DNA of 64,000 nt from contig CAWGZR010000006.1 of assembly GCA_963827165.1 (NCBI GenBank), positions 64,001-128,000 of the forward strand. The letters run 5' to 3'. Below are positions 29,536-38,770 of the stretch, piece after piece. Numbering within the stretch: position 1 is the stretch's first letter; each line of letters starts with the position of its first letter. The stretch is from Candidatus Bathyarchaeota archaeon (GTDB lineage Archaea > Thermoproteota > Bathyarchaeia > Bathyarchaeales > Bathycorpusculaceae). The translations under genes and the position numbers were made by a program. A model generated the notes under the pieces. It searched no databases. It saw only the letters and a list, made by a program, of their open reading frames with translations, and was not told where the DNA came from.

Positions 29536-30522
29536 ATGCCTCAATTTCTCTCCGGCCAAGCTTTATACGAAACAATACAAAGCAAATCAATTGATACAAA
29601 AGGAATTCTGTGGATGTGCTCTCCAAATCTTGGCTCTAACGCCCACGAAGTTTTCTCCCAAGAAATCTCGAAGAGCCCCCCTGCCGATATCCGGTTTATT
29701 TCCAGGATAAACGAGTCTTCAGTAAAGAAAGGTGAGGTCTCTCCATATGAAGCTCAGTACATCATTGAGCATTTCGGAAACCACAGCATCAAATCATTGG
29801 ATGGCTTCAATTCAAATATCTACATCTTTGACGATTCGGCAGTAATAACCTCAGCTTGCTTGGAAAAAACATCGTTTGAAAGTGGCACAGAGGTCGGCGT
29901 GACTTTAGAAGGGCGCCAGTTTGACGAGTCTAAGGCGTTTTTTGATCAAAATCTGTGGCAACATGCAAAGCCTGTGGGCGATCTGAGGAAACTCAAGCAG
30001 ATGTGGAATTCAACACAAATTAAGTCCAAGATGGAGAAAATAAAGAAAGTCAAGCCCCTTATTCAATTCAGGAGTTGGACAGATGAATACGTTAACAGAT
30101 GGTACATTGCAGTCTCTTTTCAGTTGCCTGCAAAGACCGAGCGCAAAATAAAGAAAGAAATAACATGGCCAAATGAGTTGGCAGTCGTGGGAGATGTTGG
30201 CTACCAAACTTTTAGGGAACTTAAACTGGGTGACTTAGCTTATCTAGTTAACTTCAAGAACAAGCGTGGGAAAGTGGAAATCGAAAGGGCACGCATATTT
30301 GACAAAATCAAAGTCGAAACTGATGAGGGCGACCTTCACTTTGCATACCATGCAGACAACAAATACCTAATGGAAAGGGAACAATTCTTTGAGATGCTAA
30401 GAAACGTAAATATTAATCCTTCAAGAACCTTCGAAACCCTACTCAACACGGAACAAGTTACCCAACTAAACGATTGTCTTATATCAATAAGACCTAAAAG
30501 GAAAAGGAAAGCGAAATCATAG
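29536..30522 (+). CDS. PLD-like domain (HxK motif degenerate) fused to a possible EVE/PUA-like domain
   Basis: MCSPNL and FNSNIYIFDDSAVITSACL (canonical pattern LHAKIYIFD...TSANL), EVGV; C-half WYIAV...LKLGDLAYLV. Confidence 0.7.
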   Translation: MPQFLSGQALYETIQSKSIDTKGILWMCSPNLGSNAHEVFSQEISKSPPADIRFISRINESSVKKGEVSPYEAQYIIEHFGNHSIKSLDGFNSNIYIFDDSAVITSACLEKTSFESGTEVGVTLEGRQFDESKAFFDQNLWQHAKPVGDLRKLKQMWNSTQIKSKMEKIKKVKPLIQFRSWTDEYVNRWYIAVSFQLPAKTERKIKKEITWPNELAVVGDVGYQTFRELKLGDLAYLVNFKNKRGKVEIERARIFDKIKVETDEGDLHFAYHADNKYLMEREQFFEMLRNVNINPSRTFETLLNTEQVTQLNDCLISIRPKRKRKAKS

Positions 30523-30566
30523 CTGACTAGTTTTTCGAGCCTTAAATGGTGAGCCAAGTGGTCCGT

Positions 30567-30818
30567 TTAGTGAAAACTGCTTAAACCGAAAAACCTCAAA
30601 ACGTTGATTCCGCGTTCCGTTGAACTGTAACCAACAGGGATATTATTTGCACCTACTATCAGCGTAATTAAAGATGTTTTAACAAGAATTTCTAAAGAAT
30701 CTCCAAGTTGGCCTTCTCCAATTTTTGTGGTTGACAGCATGTCATCAAAAGTTATTTTGTTTCTTTTTTCCACAATCCGAAGTAAAGCTAAACACTGTTC
30801 AAGTTTGCTATGTTGCAT
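30567..30818 (-). CDS. Small winged-helix protein (ArnR1-like)
   Basis: SKLEQCLALL...LEILVKTSLI...YSSTERGINVLRFF. Confidence 0.7.
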   Translation of the reverse strand: MQHSKLEQCLALLRIVEKRNKITFDDMLSTTKIGEGQLGDSLEILVKTSLITLIVGANNIPVGYSSTERGINVLRFFGLSSFH

Positions 30819-31141
30819 TTGAAATCATAATTATTAATTTCACAAGATATATAAAAAATTTTGCAGTTCTTTTTCGCGAGAACACGAGCCATTATCCATT
30901 GCCATAAGCAAATGAAAAAGGAAATTTGCAGTAGCCCATCGAAAAAAGCCGCCCCCCGAACTGAAAGGAATAAAAGCCCTTTCCTTTCTCCTCGTTTTGC
31001 TCCTTTTCCCATAAAATGCTAAGCCGGCAAAATAGCGTATAAGTCATATTCCAAGAGCGGATTAAGTCGCAAAAGAAATTGACCTTTGATCGCGCCGCTT
31101 TGAGATGTAAGATTTAATTTGTGTGATACTTTGGGGATAAA

Positions 31142-31711
31142 TCACAAAACGCCACTTCGCTTGTCAACTGAGCCTACCAAAACATTCAACTCGTTTATGT
31201 CTAATTGCTGAGATAGCCATTTTTTAAGAATTAATGAAAAACTCGGCAATGCGCCCGTATACACGATTAATTTGTTTCCCTTAAGTGCGTTGACTTGAAA
31301 AACCGTCATATCTTCTTTATAATTGAAAGTCAAGCTTTGCGCCTTTACTGCCAATGCCTTAAAATCGCTCCACTGTTTGCATTGAAAAGTCGCGGAAGAT
31401 AGGTTATCGAACGCCTTGAAAGGTGTAGTTTGACCCGTTTGCTCCTTAATTTGGGTTGGAAGAGTTCCTTTTGGCGAGTTGTCTAATACGAAGGCGATTA
31501 GGTTTGTTACTTCTTTTTGGATTTGGCTTATTGTTTCTTCAGTTTTTTCGACTTTACTGTTTAATCCGTTTTTTGTCTTGCCTATTTGTTCGGTGACCGT
31601 TGCAATGTCATGAAATAATTTATCCAAATGCTGTTCATGTTCTTTTAGAGCGTTGATTATGAAATCTAACGCCTCTAGAGATTTGTCTTTCGAGTCGTGG
31701 TCGTCTGTCAT
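31142..31711 (-). CDS. Conserved hypothetical coiled-coil protein, paralog of 48244..48801
   Basis: SLEALDFIINALKEHE, CKQWSDF, ALKGN, KWLS shared with the paralog; similarity begins at ATG 31711. Confidence 0.8.
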   Translation of the reverse strand: MTDDHDSKDKSLEALDFIINALKEHEQHLDKLFHDIATVTEQIGKTKNGLNSKVEKTEETISQIQKEVTNLIAFVLDNSPKGTLPTQIKEQTGQTTPFKAFDNLSSATFQCKQWSDFKALAVKAQSLTFNYKEDMTVFQVNALKGNKLIVYTGALPSFSLILKKWLSQQLDINELNVLVGSVDKRSGVL

Positions 31712-31935
31712 GTCTTTCAATTTCCAAGTTGAAACTAAGCTATTTTTCTTTTTAAGGCATATTTCGGCAAAGAAATATTCTATCTCTTGATAGTAGCGGC
31801 CAACAAGTTGGTTACGACTGGTTTTTTCAAGGTGATCATTTTTCTTCTGGAGCGGGACAAATATTATATAGCAATACGTCATATACATTGCAAGGTTAAA
31901 CACAGCTCTTTGTAGGAGCAAGTAGGTAAGGAAGA

Positions 31936-32304
31936 ATCAAAACGCGAAAAGAAGCAACGCTAACCTGCCCTAATCAGGCATGTGGAAAAGTTATCCCTAA
32001 GCCCCTAAAAACGCTTAATCTTCAGCAAGCTTCAGGAAAGCGCTATAACGCATGCCCTTATTGTTTAGAGGAAATTAATCTCGTTGAAATCGGGCGTAAA
32101 AATCCCGATGAAAAAACAGCTACACAAACTGAGTTCGTTGATAAAAAACCCGATCAAGCCGAGAGGAAATTACCAAATTGCAATCATTACTTTGGCTATA
32201 TGAATGAAAAAGACCACAAGCAGCAAATCCCAGAAGACTGCATGTTGTGCCCTCAGGTAATGGAATGCATGAAAGAAAAAGGGTCTGCAAAACCAAAAAC
32301 TTAG
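31936..32304 (+). CDS. Two-module Cys-rich Zn-binding protein with no canonical start (ATC 31936)
   Basis: Hand translation: IKTRKEATLTCPNQACGK...ACPYC...CNHYFGYM...IPEDCMLCPQVMECM; in-frame TAA at 31927; absent from the ORF track. Confidence 0.75.
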   Translation: MKTRKEATLTCPNQACGKVIPKPLKTLNLQQASGKRYNACPYCLEEINLVEIGRKNPDEKTATQTEFVDKKPDQAERKLPNCNHYFGYMNEKDHKQQIPEDCMLCPQVMECMKEKGSAKPKT

Positions 32305-32335
32305 ATTAAAGAAAAAACATCGGCTTCCTACCTGA

Positions 32336-32467
32336 AATTCTATGAGCATCTGTCTTCCCAGTGATGCCGACTCTTTCAGCCAAGCGAATCACAATTTAAT
32401 GAACTAAACTTCGCAAAAGGCTTTTTCCAAATTTTTTGACATAATCCAACTCTGGAATACGCCTTTT
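32336..32467 (-). pseudogene. Probable tyrosine recombinase/integrase fragment
   Basis: KRRIPELDYVKKFGKSLLRSLVH*IVIRLAERVGITGKTDAHRI resembles the YVF-GK.L-helix-AGI..H.xR segment of Xer/Int proteins; internal stop. Confidence 0.45.
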
Positions 32468-32716
32468 AAGGCATAAAAGCAACTTACTTATTGAGGAGAA
32501 AGGAGAGCTTCTCAGAAAAGGGAAAGGGGAAAACTCCCCATTATTTTAGTTCGGAAAAGTTAGCTGTTCTCTTGATCGTAAAACTTTTACATTCAAATTA
32601 TAACTTACTAGTCCTAAGAGGTTATTTTGAATCATTAATTATGAAGGAACGATATGCAAGTTTGGATTGTCTACCCCAACAACCCGACAGAGTACTTGCT
32701 AAAAAACATGAAAACT

Positions 32717-32866
32717 TTACAGAATGATTACACTACCACAGTAGTCGCCCGAATTGAAAGATGTTTTGCAATGTCCACATCTATAATGTTCAACGTGAAA
32801 CCAGTTATTTGTTATCCATTTATCAGGTTTAGAAACTTCTTTTCCACATTTAGGACATTTAGCCAT
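32717..32866 (-). CDS. Zn-ribbon microprotein (49 aa, Cren7-like pattern)
   Basis: MAKCPKCGKEVSKPDKWITNNWFHVEHYRCGHCKTSF...; below the ORF track cut-off. Confidence 0.75.
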   Translation of the reverse strand: MAKCPKCGKEVSKPDKWITNNWFHVEHYRCGHCKTSFNSGDYCGSVIIL

Positions 32867-33115
32867 TCCAAAACGCACTTTTTTGCAATACTGTAACTAG
32901 TTATTGCCAAGAAGCGATTTAACTATTGCTTATTATTTGATTATGAATCAATCATACAATGCTTGAATACGAATTCAGCTTATTGGAAAGACTTTAACGC
33001 GTAAGTTAAATAGAAAAATAGGAATCTAGCAATGACATAATCCATTTCAGAAATATCCCTTTAACCGCTGGAAACAAGTTCTCTTTCTTACTTGAGAATC
33101 GAATAGTTTCTCAAA

Positions 33116-33355
33116 ATGACGGGTTCAGAGGGTAACTTGATGATTTGCGATTGGTGCGGAAAGAACCATTCAGGGATTAGGCAAAGTAAAGAAGTTTTCC
33201 ACGTACTTGATAGTTATGCAGCAACTCCAGTCATATGCGAAGATTGTTATCGCAAATTGGAGAAAACAAAATCATACATTTGGAAGCGAAAGAATTCAAA
33301 GGTCGTTAAACCAAGAGTTTCTGATGACTTCTGCTTGGAACTTACTGAGGTTTAA
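33116..33355 (+). CDS. Small Zn-finger protein
   Basis: ICDWCGK...ICEDCYRK; GAGGG upstream of the second possible start. Confidence 0.65.
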   Translation: MTGSEGNLMICDWCGKNHSGIRQSKEVFHVLDSYAATPVICEDCYRKLEKTKSYIWKRKNSKVVKPRVSDDFCLELTEV

Positions 33356-33490
33356 TCCTTTGCTCTCCAGTGGTTAAACGTTAATCTACCCACAAGTTGC
33401 ACCAAATTGCAGGTTTTGCTGGTTCTCCCAGTGTGTGCAGTCTCTTTATTTCTTGAGCTAGGCGTCTGAATTCGCGTTTTTAATATTAGG

Positions 33491-33570
33491 ATTGTCTAAT
33501 ATTGTATAATATTGTCTGAAAGTGTACAATACTACATTATAGTGTATATACGTGTATAATTTTGTATTAT
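33491..33570. repeat. Eight imperfect 10-bp tandem units, consensus about ATTGTATAAT
   Basis: attgtctaat attgtataat attgtctgaa agtgtacaat actacattat agtgtatata cgtgtataat tttgtattat; TGT in register in 7 of 8 units. Confidence 0.75.
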
Positions 33571-33874
33571 TACGACTCAACCTGCAAACGAATTAAGCTT
33601 CCCGGCAAGAAAGCAACCCAAAACACAATCAAAAAAATTCCCCTTCCAAAAAAACCGCGCGATCTCTATTCACAAATCTGCAATCTTTTTTTTACAACTT
33701 TTAGGCTATTTCAGAGGTTTTGAGAGAATCGTTGTAACTAATCCAACCTCCCTAACAAAAAAGCAAGCCAACACGAATTGTGTCCGATGATTTGTTGCAA
33801 CTTGCTGTGCCAACATGGTTTCATATGTTATGGTGTTGTAGTCTAAACGTAACTAACTTCAAACGGTGACTTGC

Positions 33875-34027
33875 TTGGCCATTTGTCCTAAATGCGGCAA
33901 TGACGTAGTTGCGCCTAATAAGAAACTAGAGAACTCTTTGTTCTGCGTGGCTGTTTTCAAGTGTGCAAGATGTGGAAGTAATTTCAAGACTCAGCACATG
34001 AATACGTTTAATTATGAACCAAAGTAG
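33875..34027 (+). CDS. Zn-ribbon microprotein (50 aa), paralog of 32717..32866
   Basis: TTG after GGTGA; MAICPKCGNDVVAPNKKLENSLFCVAVFKCARCGSNFKT. Confidence 0.75.
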   Translation: MAICPKCGNDVVAPNKKLENSLFCVAVFKCARCGSNFKTQHMNTFNYEPK

Positions 34028-34136
34028 TCGAGGTCAATGGATTCAGTAAATATTGTTTCTCGTTATTCTCTTCCAAAGTCAAATTGCCAACTTGGGCTAA
34101 TTCGTCTATCCATCAAATTTGCATTAAGAGAATTTT

Positions 34137-34445
34137 TTAGAGCCAGAGTGAGGGCTTCTGGCGGGCATCTGTCACGTCTGTATCAATCATGTCTGCAGCG
34201 CGCTCTAAGACTTGTTTGGTCAATTCCATGCAAATTGCTGGCGCTTTTAGGTGAACCACTGGCACATCGTCATTTACCAGTTTTTTGTGTGTGCTTACAT
34301 GATGGTCAATTTCTTCGATCATTTCGCCCAATGTCGGAACCATAGGGATTTTTTCACCGCATTCAGGGCACCTTATGTATTTGATTTGGGTTTGTTCAGT
34401 GACGTTTTCTTTAGATTCTTCATTTTTATTTAAATTAGTTATCAT
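34137..34445 (-). CDS. C2H2-like Zn-finger protein
   Basis: IRCPECGEKI...IDHHVSTH; AGGTG upstream of ATG. Confidence 0.7.
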   Translation of the reverse strand: MITNLNKNEESKENVTEQTQIKYIRCPECGEKIPMVPTLGEMIEEIDHHVSTHKKLVNDDVPVVHLKAPAICMELTKQVLERAADMIDTDVTDARQKPSLWL

Positions 34446-34792
34446 GAATAGACACCTTGCACGTAAATGGATTAAATGAGGGTTTAAGCGCTTATAACAT
34501 GCTCATGTATCGCAACTGATCATCTTTCTGCGTTCATTTAACTCTGAGTTCATCAATCAGGCATTTTTTAGAGTTACATGCAGGCCTAAATTAGAGCGAT
34601 TTGCCTTTTTTATGCTAAAACGGCTAAAACCCTCCCAACAATATAGCGGAACATCATTAGAGGTCCTCTTTCATTATTTTTCTATTTTACGCATGAGACA
34701 GCCTCAATGTCAAGAGGGAATTATGAACTCCGATAGGAATAACCAGCGGATGAACCTCTTTTTCTTATCGATAGCGAATTCAAATTTTGATG

Positions 34793-34870
34793 TGGTGGAC
34801 CGGGCGGGATTTGAACCCGCGGCTTCCGCGTTGCGAACGCGGCGATCATACCAGGCTGATCTACCGGCCC
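34793..34870 (-). tRNA. tRNA-Ala(CGC), intronless, encoded CCA
   Basis: GGGCCGGTAGATCAGCCTGGTATGATCGCCGCGTTCGCAACGCGGAAGCCGCGGGTTCAAATCCCGCCCGGTCCACCA; G3:U70 pair, anticodon stem CCGCG/CGCGG. Confidence 0.97.
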
Positions 34871-34928
34871 AAACGGGCGCTATTTTGAAAAAATAGCAAT
34901 GTGACCGCATTTAGAGGTTTCGGTTAGT

Positions 34929-35105
34929 TTATTCCTCGCCGTAACCGTGTTCCAGTCTCCCATGGGTTTTGCGGTAAAAAGAGTCATGTTCGTCTTTGCG
35001 GTCCCCGAAACGATCCATATGTTTCTGGAGATCAGCGGTAGTTAAGAATATGCAAGCGCAGTGTGGACACTTATATAAACGGTTGTTGTTTTCCTCTTCC
35101 GCCAT
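34929..35105 (-). CDS. Small C2H2-like Zn-finger protein
   Basis: YKCPHCACIFLTTADLQKHM; ATG 35105 avoids overlap with ileS. Confidence 0.7.
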   Translation of the reverse strand: MAEEENNNRLYKCPHCACIFLTTADLQKHMDRFGDRKDEHDSFYRKTHGRLEHGYGEE

Positions 35106-35131
35106 ATTATTTCCCTTGTACGATTGAACAT

Positions 35132-38100
35132 TTAATGAATGTTTATGTATATCTTTTTGCCGTCGAGTTCGGATTCGCGCCATTCTGCTTCGTGTTCTTC
35201 TGTTCGCTTAATGTGCAAGTAAACGCGTCTAGCTCTCACGAGTCCAGCCATAGGCGCAAGGTACTGTTCAAGCAAACTCATGCTTTCCTCATCTAACTCG
35301 GCGATGTGCACAGACTCCAAAACTTCTGTCGGCACAAAACCCATTTCTTTACGCAGAGCCTGCACACGGCGGGCCAAATCCCGCATGATGCCCTCGCCAA
35401 GCAGCTTATCGTCCCGTTGCCCGCTTACGAACACCGCTATGTCTTCTTCCTGCGAAGAAACCCAGTTTTCTCCTCCAACATAATCAGGAACCTTGGTTGC
35501 ATATTCGGCGGCTTTCACGTTTGTAAGCTCCAAAAACAGCGATTCCAAACTCTTCACTGCATCCAACGTTTTTTCGGGGGCAACCACAATTGCTTTGCTC
35601 AACGGCCATCTCCGCTTCAGCTTGCCCTGTTGCCTCGCAGCGTAACCGATTGAAACAGTCTTAAGCAATGTGTCAAATTGTTCTTCAAGGGTTTTGTTTC
35701 GGAGTTTCCCGTTTGGCGTTGGCCACGGAGCCATGTTGACTGACTCAGGTAGGGTTGGTTCAAGAGAGCGGTAGATTTTCTGGTAAAGGGCCTCGCTAAG
35801 GTATGGTGTGATGGGGTTGAAAAGAAGCGTGACGGTTTTTAGGGTGTGGTAGAGGAGAGCGTAGATGGTTTGGCGGCGCTCAAAGGTTTCCGGTTCGTCA
35901 GTCCAAAGTTCCTTGCGAATCATTGGTACATAGAGCCTGCTCAGAGTTTCAATCACGAAGTCGTCTAAGACAGCAACTGCCGCGTTGAACTCGCAACGCC
36001 CAAGCTTTGATGTGTAATCCTCGATTTTCTCCTGCAGTTTAGAGAGCAACCACTGGTCAGCAGCTTGAAGCTTGTCTGCTTTGCAAGCCCACTCCAAGGG
36101 GTATTTGTCGGGGGTAAATTCGTCGAAGGTTGCGTTTTGCACAAAGAACCTGCTTAAATGGTAAAGTGTTGAAAGCACTTGGTAGGAACGGCGGGTAAGT
36201 TCCTGCATGTCGAAGTTCATGAAGTCAATCGACGAGCATTTCCGCAGCATGTAGAAGCGGCAGAGGTCAGCCGAGTTTTTCTCCAGTAGCTTATTGGTTT
36301 CAACCACGTTTCCGAGGCTTTTGCTCATTTTTCTTCCTTTCGCGTCCTGCGTGAGCCCCTGAAACAGAAAAGACCGATATGGCGCCTCAGATTTCCCTGT
36401 TAGAATTACATGCTCAAGCAGCAGGCTGTTTGCCCAACCTCGAGTTTGATCGATGCCTTCAGTTAAGAAATCTGTGGGCACAAACTTCTCAACTTCCTCA
36501 TCTGTGAAACGCGCAAACGGGGATGCACCGCTGTTGTGCCACGTATCCAAAACGAAATCCTCACGACGCATAGTTCCGCCACATTTACCACATTTAAGCG
36601 TGATGCGGTCCACCCATGGCTTATGCAGCTCAAAGTTGTCGGGGATGGCTTCTTGCGCGTTGTCAAGCAGCTCTTTTTTGCTTGCGATCAAGCGCTTTTC
36701 CCGGCATTTTTCGCAGGTCCAGATTGGCAGCGGGCTGCCCCAGATCCGTTCGCGGCTGATGCACCAGGGCTTGCCTTCTTTTAGGAACCCGAAGAAACGA
36801 TTTTTGGGTTCATCAAAAAAGTACTCTACTTTTTCTGCTGCTTCCAGCACGCGGCTGTTTATTTTATCCGTGCGAAGGAAGTATTCTTTTCTTGCTAGCC
36901 AAACCAGTTTGTGGTGGCTGCGCCAGCATGTGGGGTACTCGTGCTTCACTATCGTGACCTTGACAAAGGCGTTTCGGTTGCGGAGTTCTTCAACAACTAG
37001 GGAATCTGCGTCGCGAGCGAAAATGCCTGCCCATTGCCCTGCATCTTGTGTAAATTTCACTTCGTCGTCAAAAGGTGCATAAATTGGGACGCCTCTGCGT
37101 TGTGCAGCCCAGAAATCATCTTCACCGTTCCCTGGAGAAAGGTGCACGACGCCTGTGGCTGTGTTGACCTCAACGAAGTCTTCGCCTACTACCTTGTGAA
37201 CCAGGGGATGACGGCTTTCGTTTTCTGCCTGCTTTGGAATCATGTCTTTGAGTGGGTATTCGTAGGCGGTTCCTTCCAAGCTTTTGCCAGACATACTTTC
37301 GACGATTTGGTACTTGGTGATTGCAAGCTCAGCCATCACGGGTTCAACGCGTTGCTTAACCATTATCCAGATTTCTTCGCCGACTTTGACTTTGACGTAT
37401 TCGGCGCTGGGTTGGACCGCAAGCATGGTGTCGGTTATTATGGTGAAGGGCATGGTCGTCCAAATGAGGAAAAACTCGTTTTTGCTTCCTGTAACCTTGA
37501 ATTTAAAGTACAAAGATGGGTCTTCGACCTCTTTGTAGCTGCCTTCGTAACCGACTTCGGCGCTACTAAGACTAGTTTGGCAACCTGGGCAATAAGCGAC
37601 GACGTAGTGGCCTTCCTCAAGCAACCCTTGATCCCAAGCCCGCTTTAGAATTTGCCACTCTCGTTCAATGTAGCTGTCCTTATAGGTCCAATAAGCCTTC
37701 TCCTGATTGATGAATACGCCGAGGTTCGCGTCAGCCAAAAGCCACATGGCATGGTAACGCATGATGGCTTTCTTGCATTCCTCGATGAAACGTTCCATGC
37801 CGTATTTCTCTATTGATTCTCGCTTGTTCCGCACGCCTAGAAGCTTCTCAACTTCCAGCTCAACGGGTAAGCCTTGGCAGTCCCATCCAGCCCAAAACGG
37901 CATGTAGTAGCCCTCCATGGTTTTCCATCGATAACGGACGTCTTTCATCACACGTCCACGGGCATGCCCAATATGCGGGATACCGTTAAGTGTCGGAGGG
38001 CCTTCAACATAGCCCAACAATCCCTTAGCATTCTTTTCCAGAAGCTCAAGTTTCTCGCGAATTTGCCGCTTATGCCAGAATTCGCGGATTTCTTTCTCCA

Positions 38101-38176
38101 AAGCAAGCGGAGCGTAATTTGTTGGTAAACTTGACGAATCAGTTTGGGTTTCTTCGATGTCTGTCACGGCGTTCAT
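35132..38176 (-). CDS. ileS: Isoleucine--tRNA ligase
   Basis: EGPPTLNG.PHIGH, GWDCQGLPVE, WTTMP, WCISRER.WG, EGIDQTRGW, KMSKS. Confidence 0.96.
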   Translation of the reverse strand: MNAVTDIEETQTDSSSLPTNYAPLALEKEIREFWHKRQIREKLELLEKNAKGLLGYVEGPPTLNGIPHIGHARGRVMKDVRYRWKTMEGYYMPFWAGWDCQGLPVELEVEKLLGVRNKRESIEKYGMERFIEECKKAIMRYHAMWLLADANLGVFINQEKAYWTYKDSYIEREWQILKRAWDQGLLEEGHYVVAYCPGCQTSLSSAEVGYEGSYKEVEDPSLYFKFKVTGSKNEFFLIWTTMPFTIITDTMLAVQPSAEYVKVKVGEEIWIMVKQRVEPVMAELAITKYQIVESMSGKSLEGTAYEYPLKDMIPKQAENESRHPLVHKVVGEDFVEVNTATGVVHLSPGNGEDDFWAAQRRGVPIYAPFDDEVKFTQDAGQWAGIFARDADSLVVEELRNRNAFVKVTIVKHEYPTCWRSHHKLVWLARKEYFLRTDKINSRVLEAAEKVEYFFDEPKNRFFGFLKEGKPWCISRERIWGSPLPIWTCEKCREKRLIASKKELLDNAQEAIPDNFELHKPWVDRITLKCGKCGGTMRREDFVLDTWHNSGASPFARFTDEEVEKFVPTDFLTEGIDQTRGWANSLLLEHVILTGKSEAPYRSFLFQGLTQDAKGRKMSKSLGNVVETNKLLEKNSADLCRFYMLRKCSSIDFMNFDMQELTRRSYQVLSTLYHLSRFFVQNATFDEFTPDKYPLEWACKADKLQAADQWLLSKLQEKIEDYTSKLGRCEFNAAVAVLDDFVIETLSRLYVPMIRKELWTDEPETFERRQTIYALLYHTLKTVTLLFNPITPYLSEALYQKIYRSLEPTLPESVNMAPWPTPNGKLRNKTLEEQFDTLLKTVSIGYAARQQGKLKRRWPLSKAIVVAPEKTLDAVKSLESLFLELTNVKAAEYATKVPDYVGGENWVSSQEEDIAVFVSGQRDDKLLGEGIMRDLARRVQALRKEMGFVPTEVLESVHIAELDEESMSLLEQYLAPMAGLVRARRVYLHIKRTEEHEAEWRESELDGKKIYINIH

Positions 38177-38230
38177 CCCGTACCGCAAAATAAGTAAAAA
38201 GACTATATAAGGATAAAACTGGGAAGATTG

Positions 38231-38770
38231 TCAGCTTAGCAGTTTGGTTACAAATTGGGCGCTTTCTGTGGTGGCGTCTTGGTTTGTGTTTATTTTCAGT
38301 GTTTCCTTAATTGTTAAGGTGTCTCCGCTGGATAATGGGGCCACATTCTGATTCGGGTAGCTAAAGCTGCCAACTCCAAAAACTCCTATTCTTGTTTCCG
38401 TCATAGGCTTTAGGTTGCCTAAGTAAGCCTTCACTGAATCCGCTGCGTTTCCGGCGTAAATGGGACCGCCGACAACTATAACTGCGTATTGACTGATGTT
38501 AGCGGTTGCTGCGGCGCTTTTGATTCCTGCCAACTCAACATTATATCCTCCCAGATCACCTGCAATTTTGTCAGCAATGTTCTTCGCGGCGCCCGTAATT
38601 CCTGGGTCATAGACTACGAGCGCTTTAGCCATTATAGGTGGACCAGGCAGTGTTCGCGAGCCAGTGGCAGTGTAAGCGGCAACGTCAAGGAATACAACGC
38701 TGAGCCCTGCTACGCCAAAGGTTATGATGGCTAAAAACACAGCTAAGATAATTTTGAATATTTTTCGCAT
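38231..38770 (-). CDS. Membrane-anchored flavodoxin-like protein
   Basis: N-terminal TM; LVVYDPGITG, VVGGPIYAG, GVFG. Confidence 0.7.
   Translation of the reverse strand: MRKIFKIILAVFLAIITFGVAGLSVVFLDVAAYTATGSRTLPGPPIMAKALVVYDPGITGAAKNIADKIAGDLGGYNVELAGIKSAAATANISQYAVIVVGGPIYAGNAADSVKAYLGNLKPMTETRIGVFGVGSFSYPNQNVAPLSSGDTLTIKETLKINTNQDATTESAQFVTKLLS

Noticed and set aside
31712-31921. 70-aa N-terminal extension of ORF 31142..31921
   Set aside because: Similarity to the paralog starts at ATG 31711, and the extension covers the divergent promoter region.
33491-33570. Possible CRISPR array
   Set aside because: 10-bp units without spacers, and no cas genes in the window.
34793-34820. att-site duplicate of the tRNA 3' end
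   Set aside because: I found no second copy by eye in the window, so island limits cannot be set.
34612-34910. ORFs 34612..34896 and 34710..34910
   Set aside because: They overlap the tRNA-Ala gene.
35280-38128. Long antisense ORFs within ileS (e.g. 36453..37082, 37034..37648)
   Set aside because: Shadow frames of a conserved essential gene.
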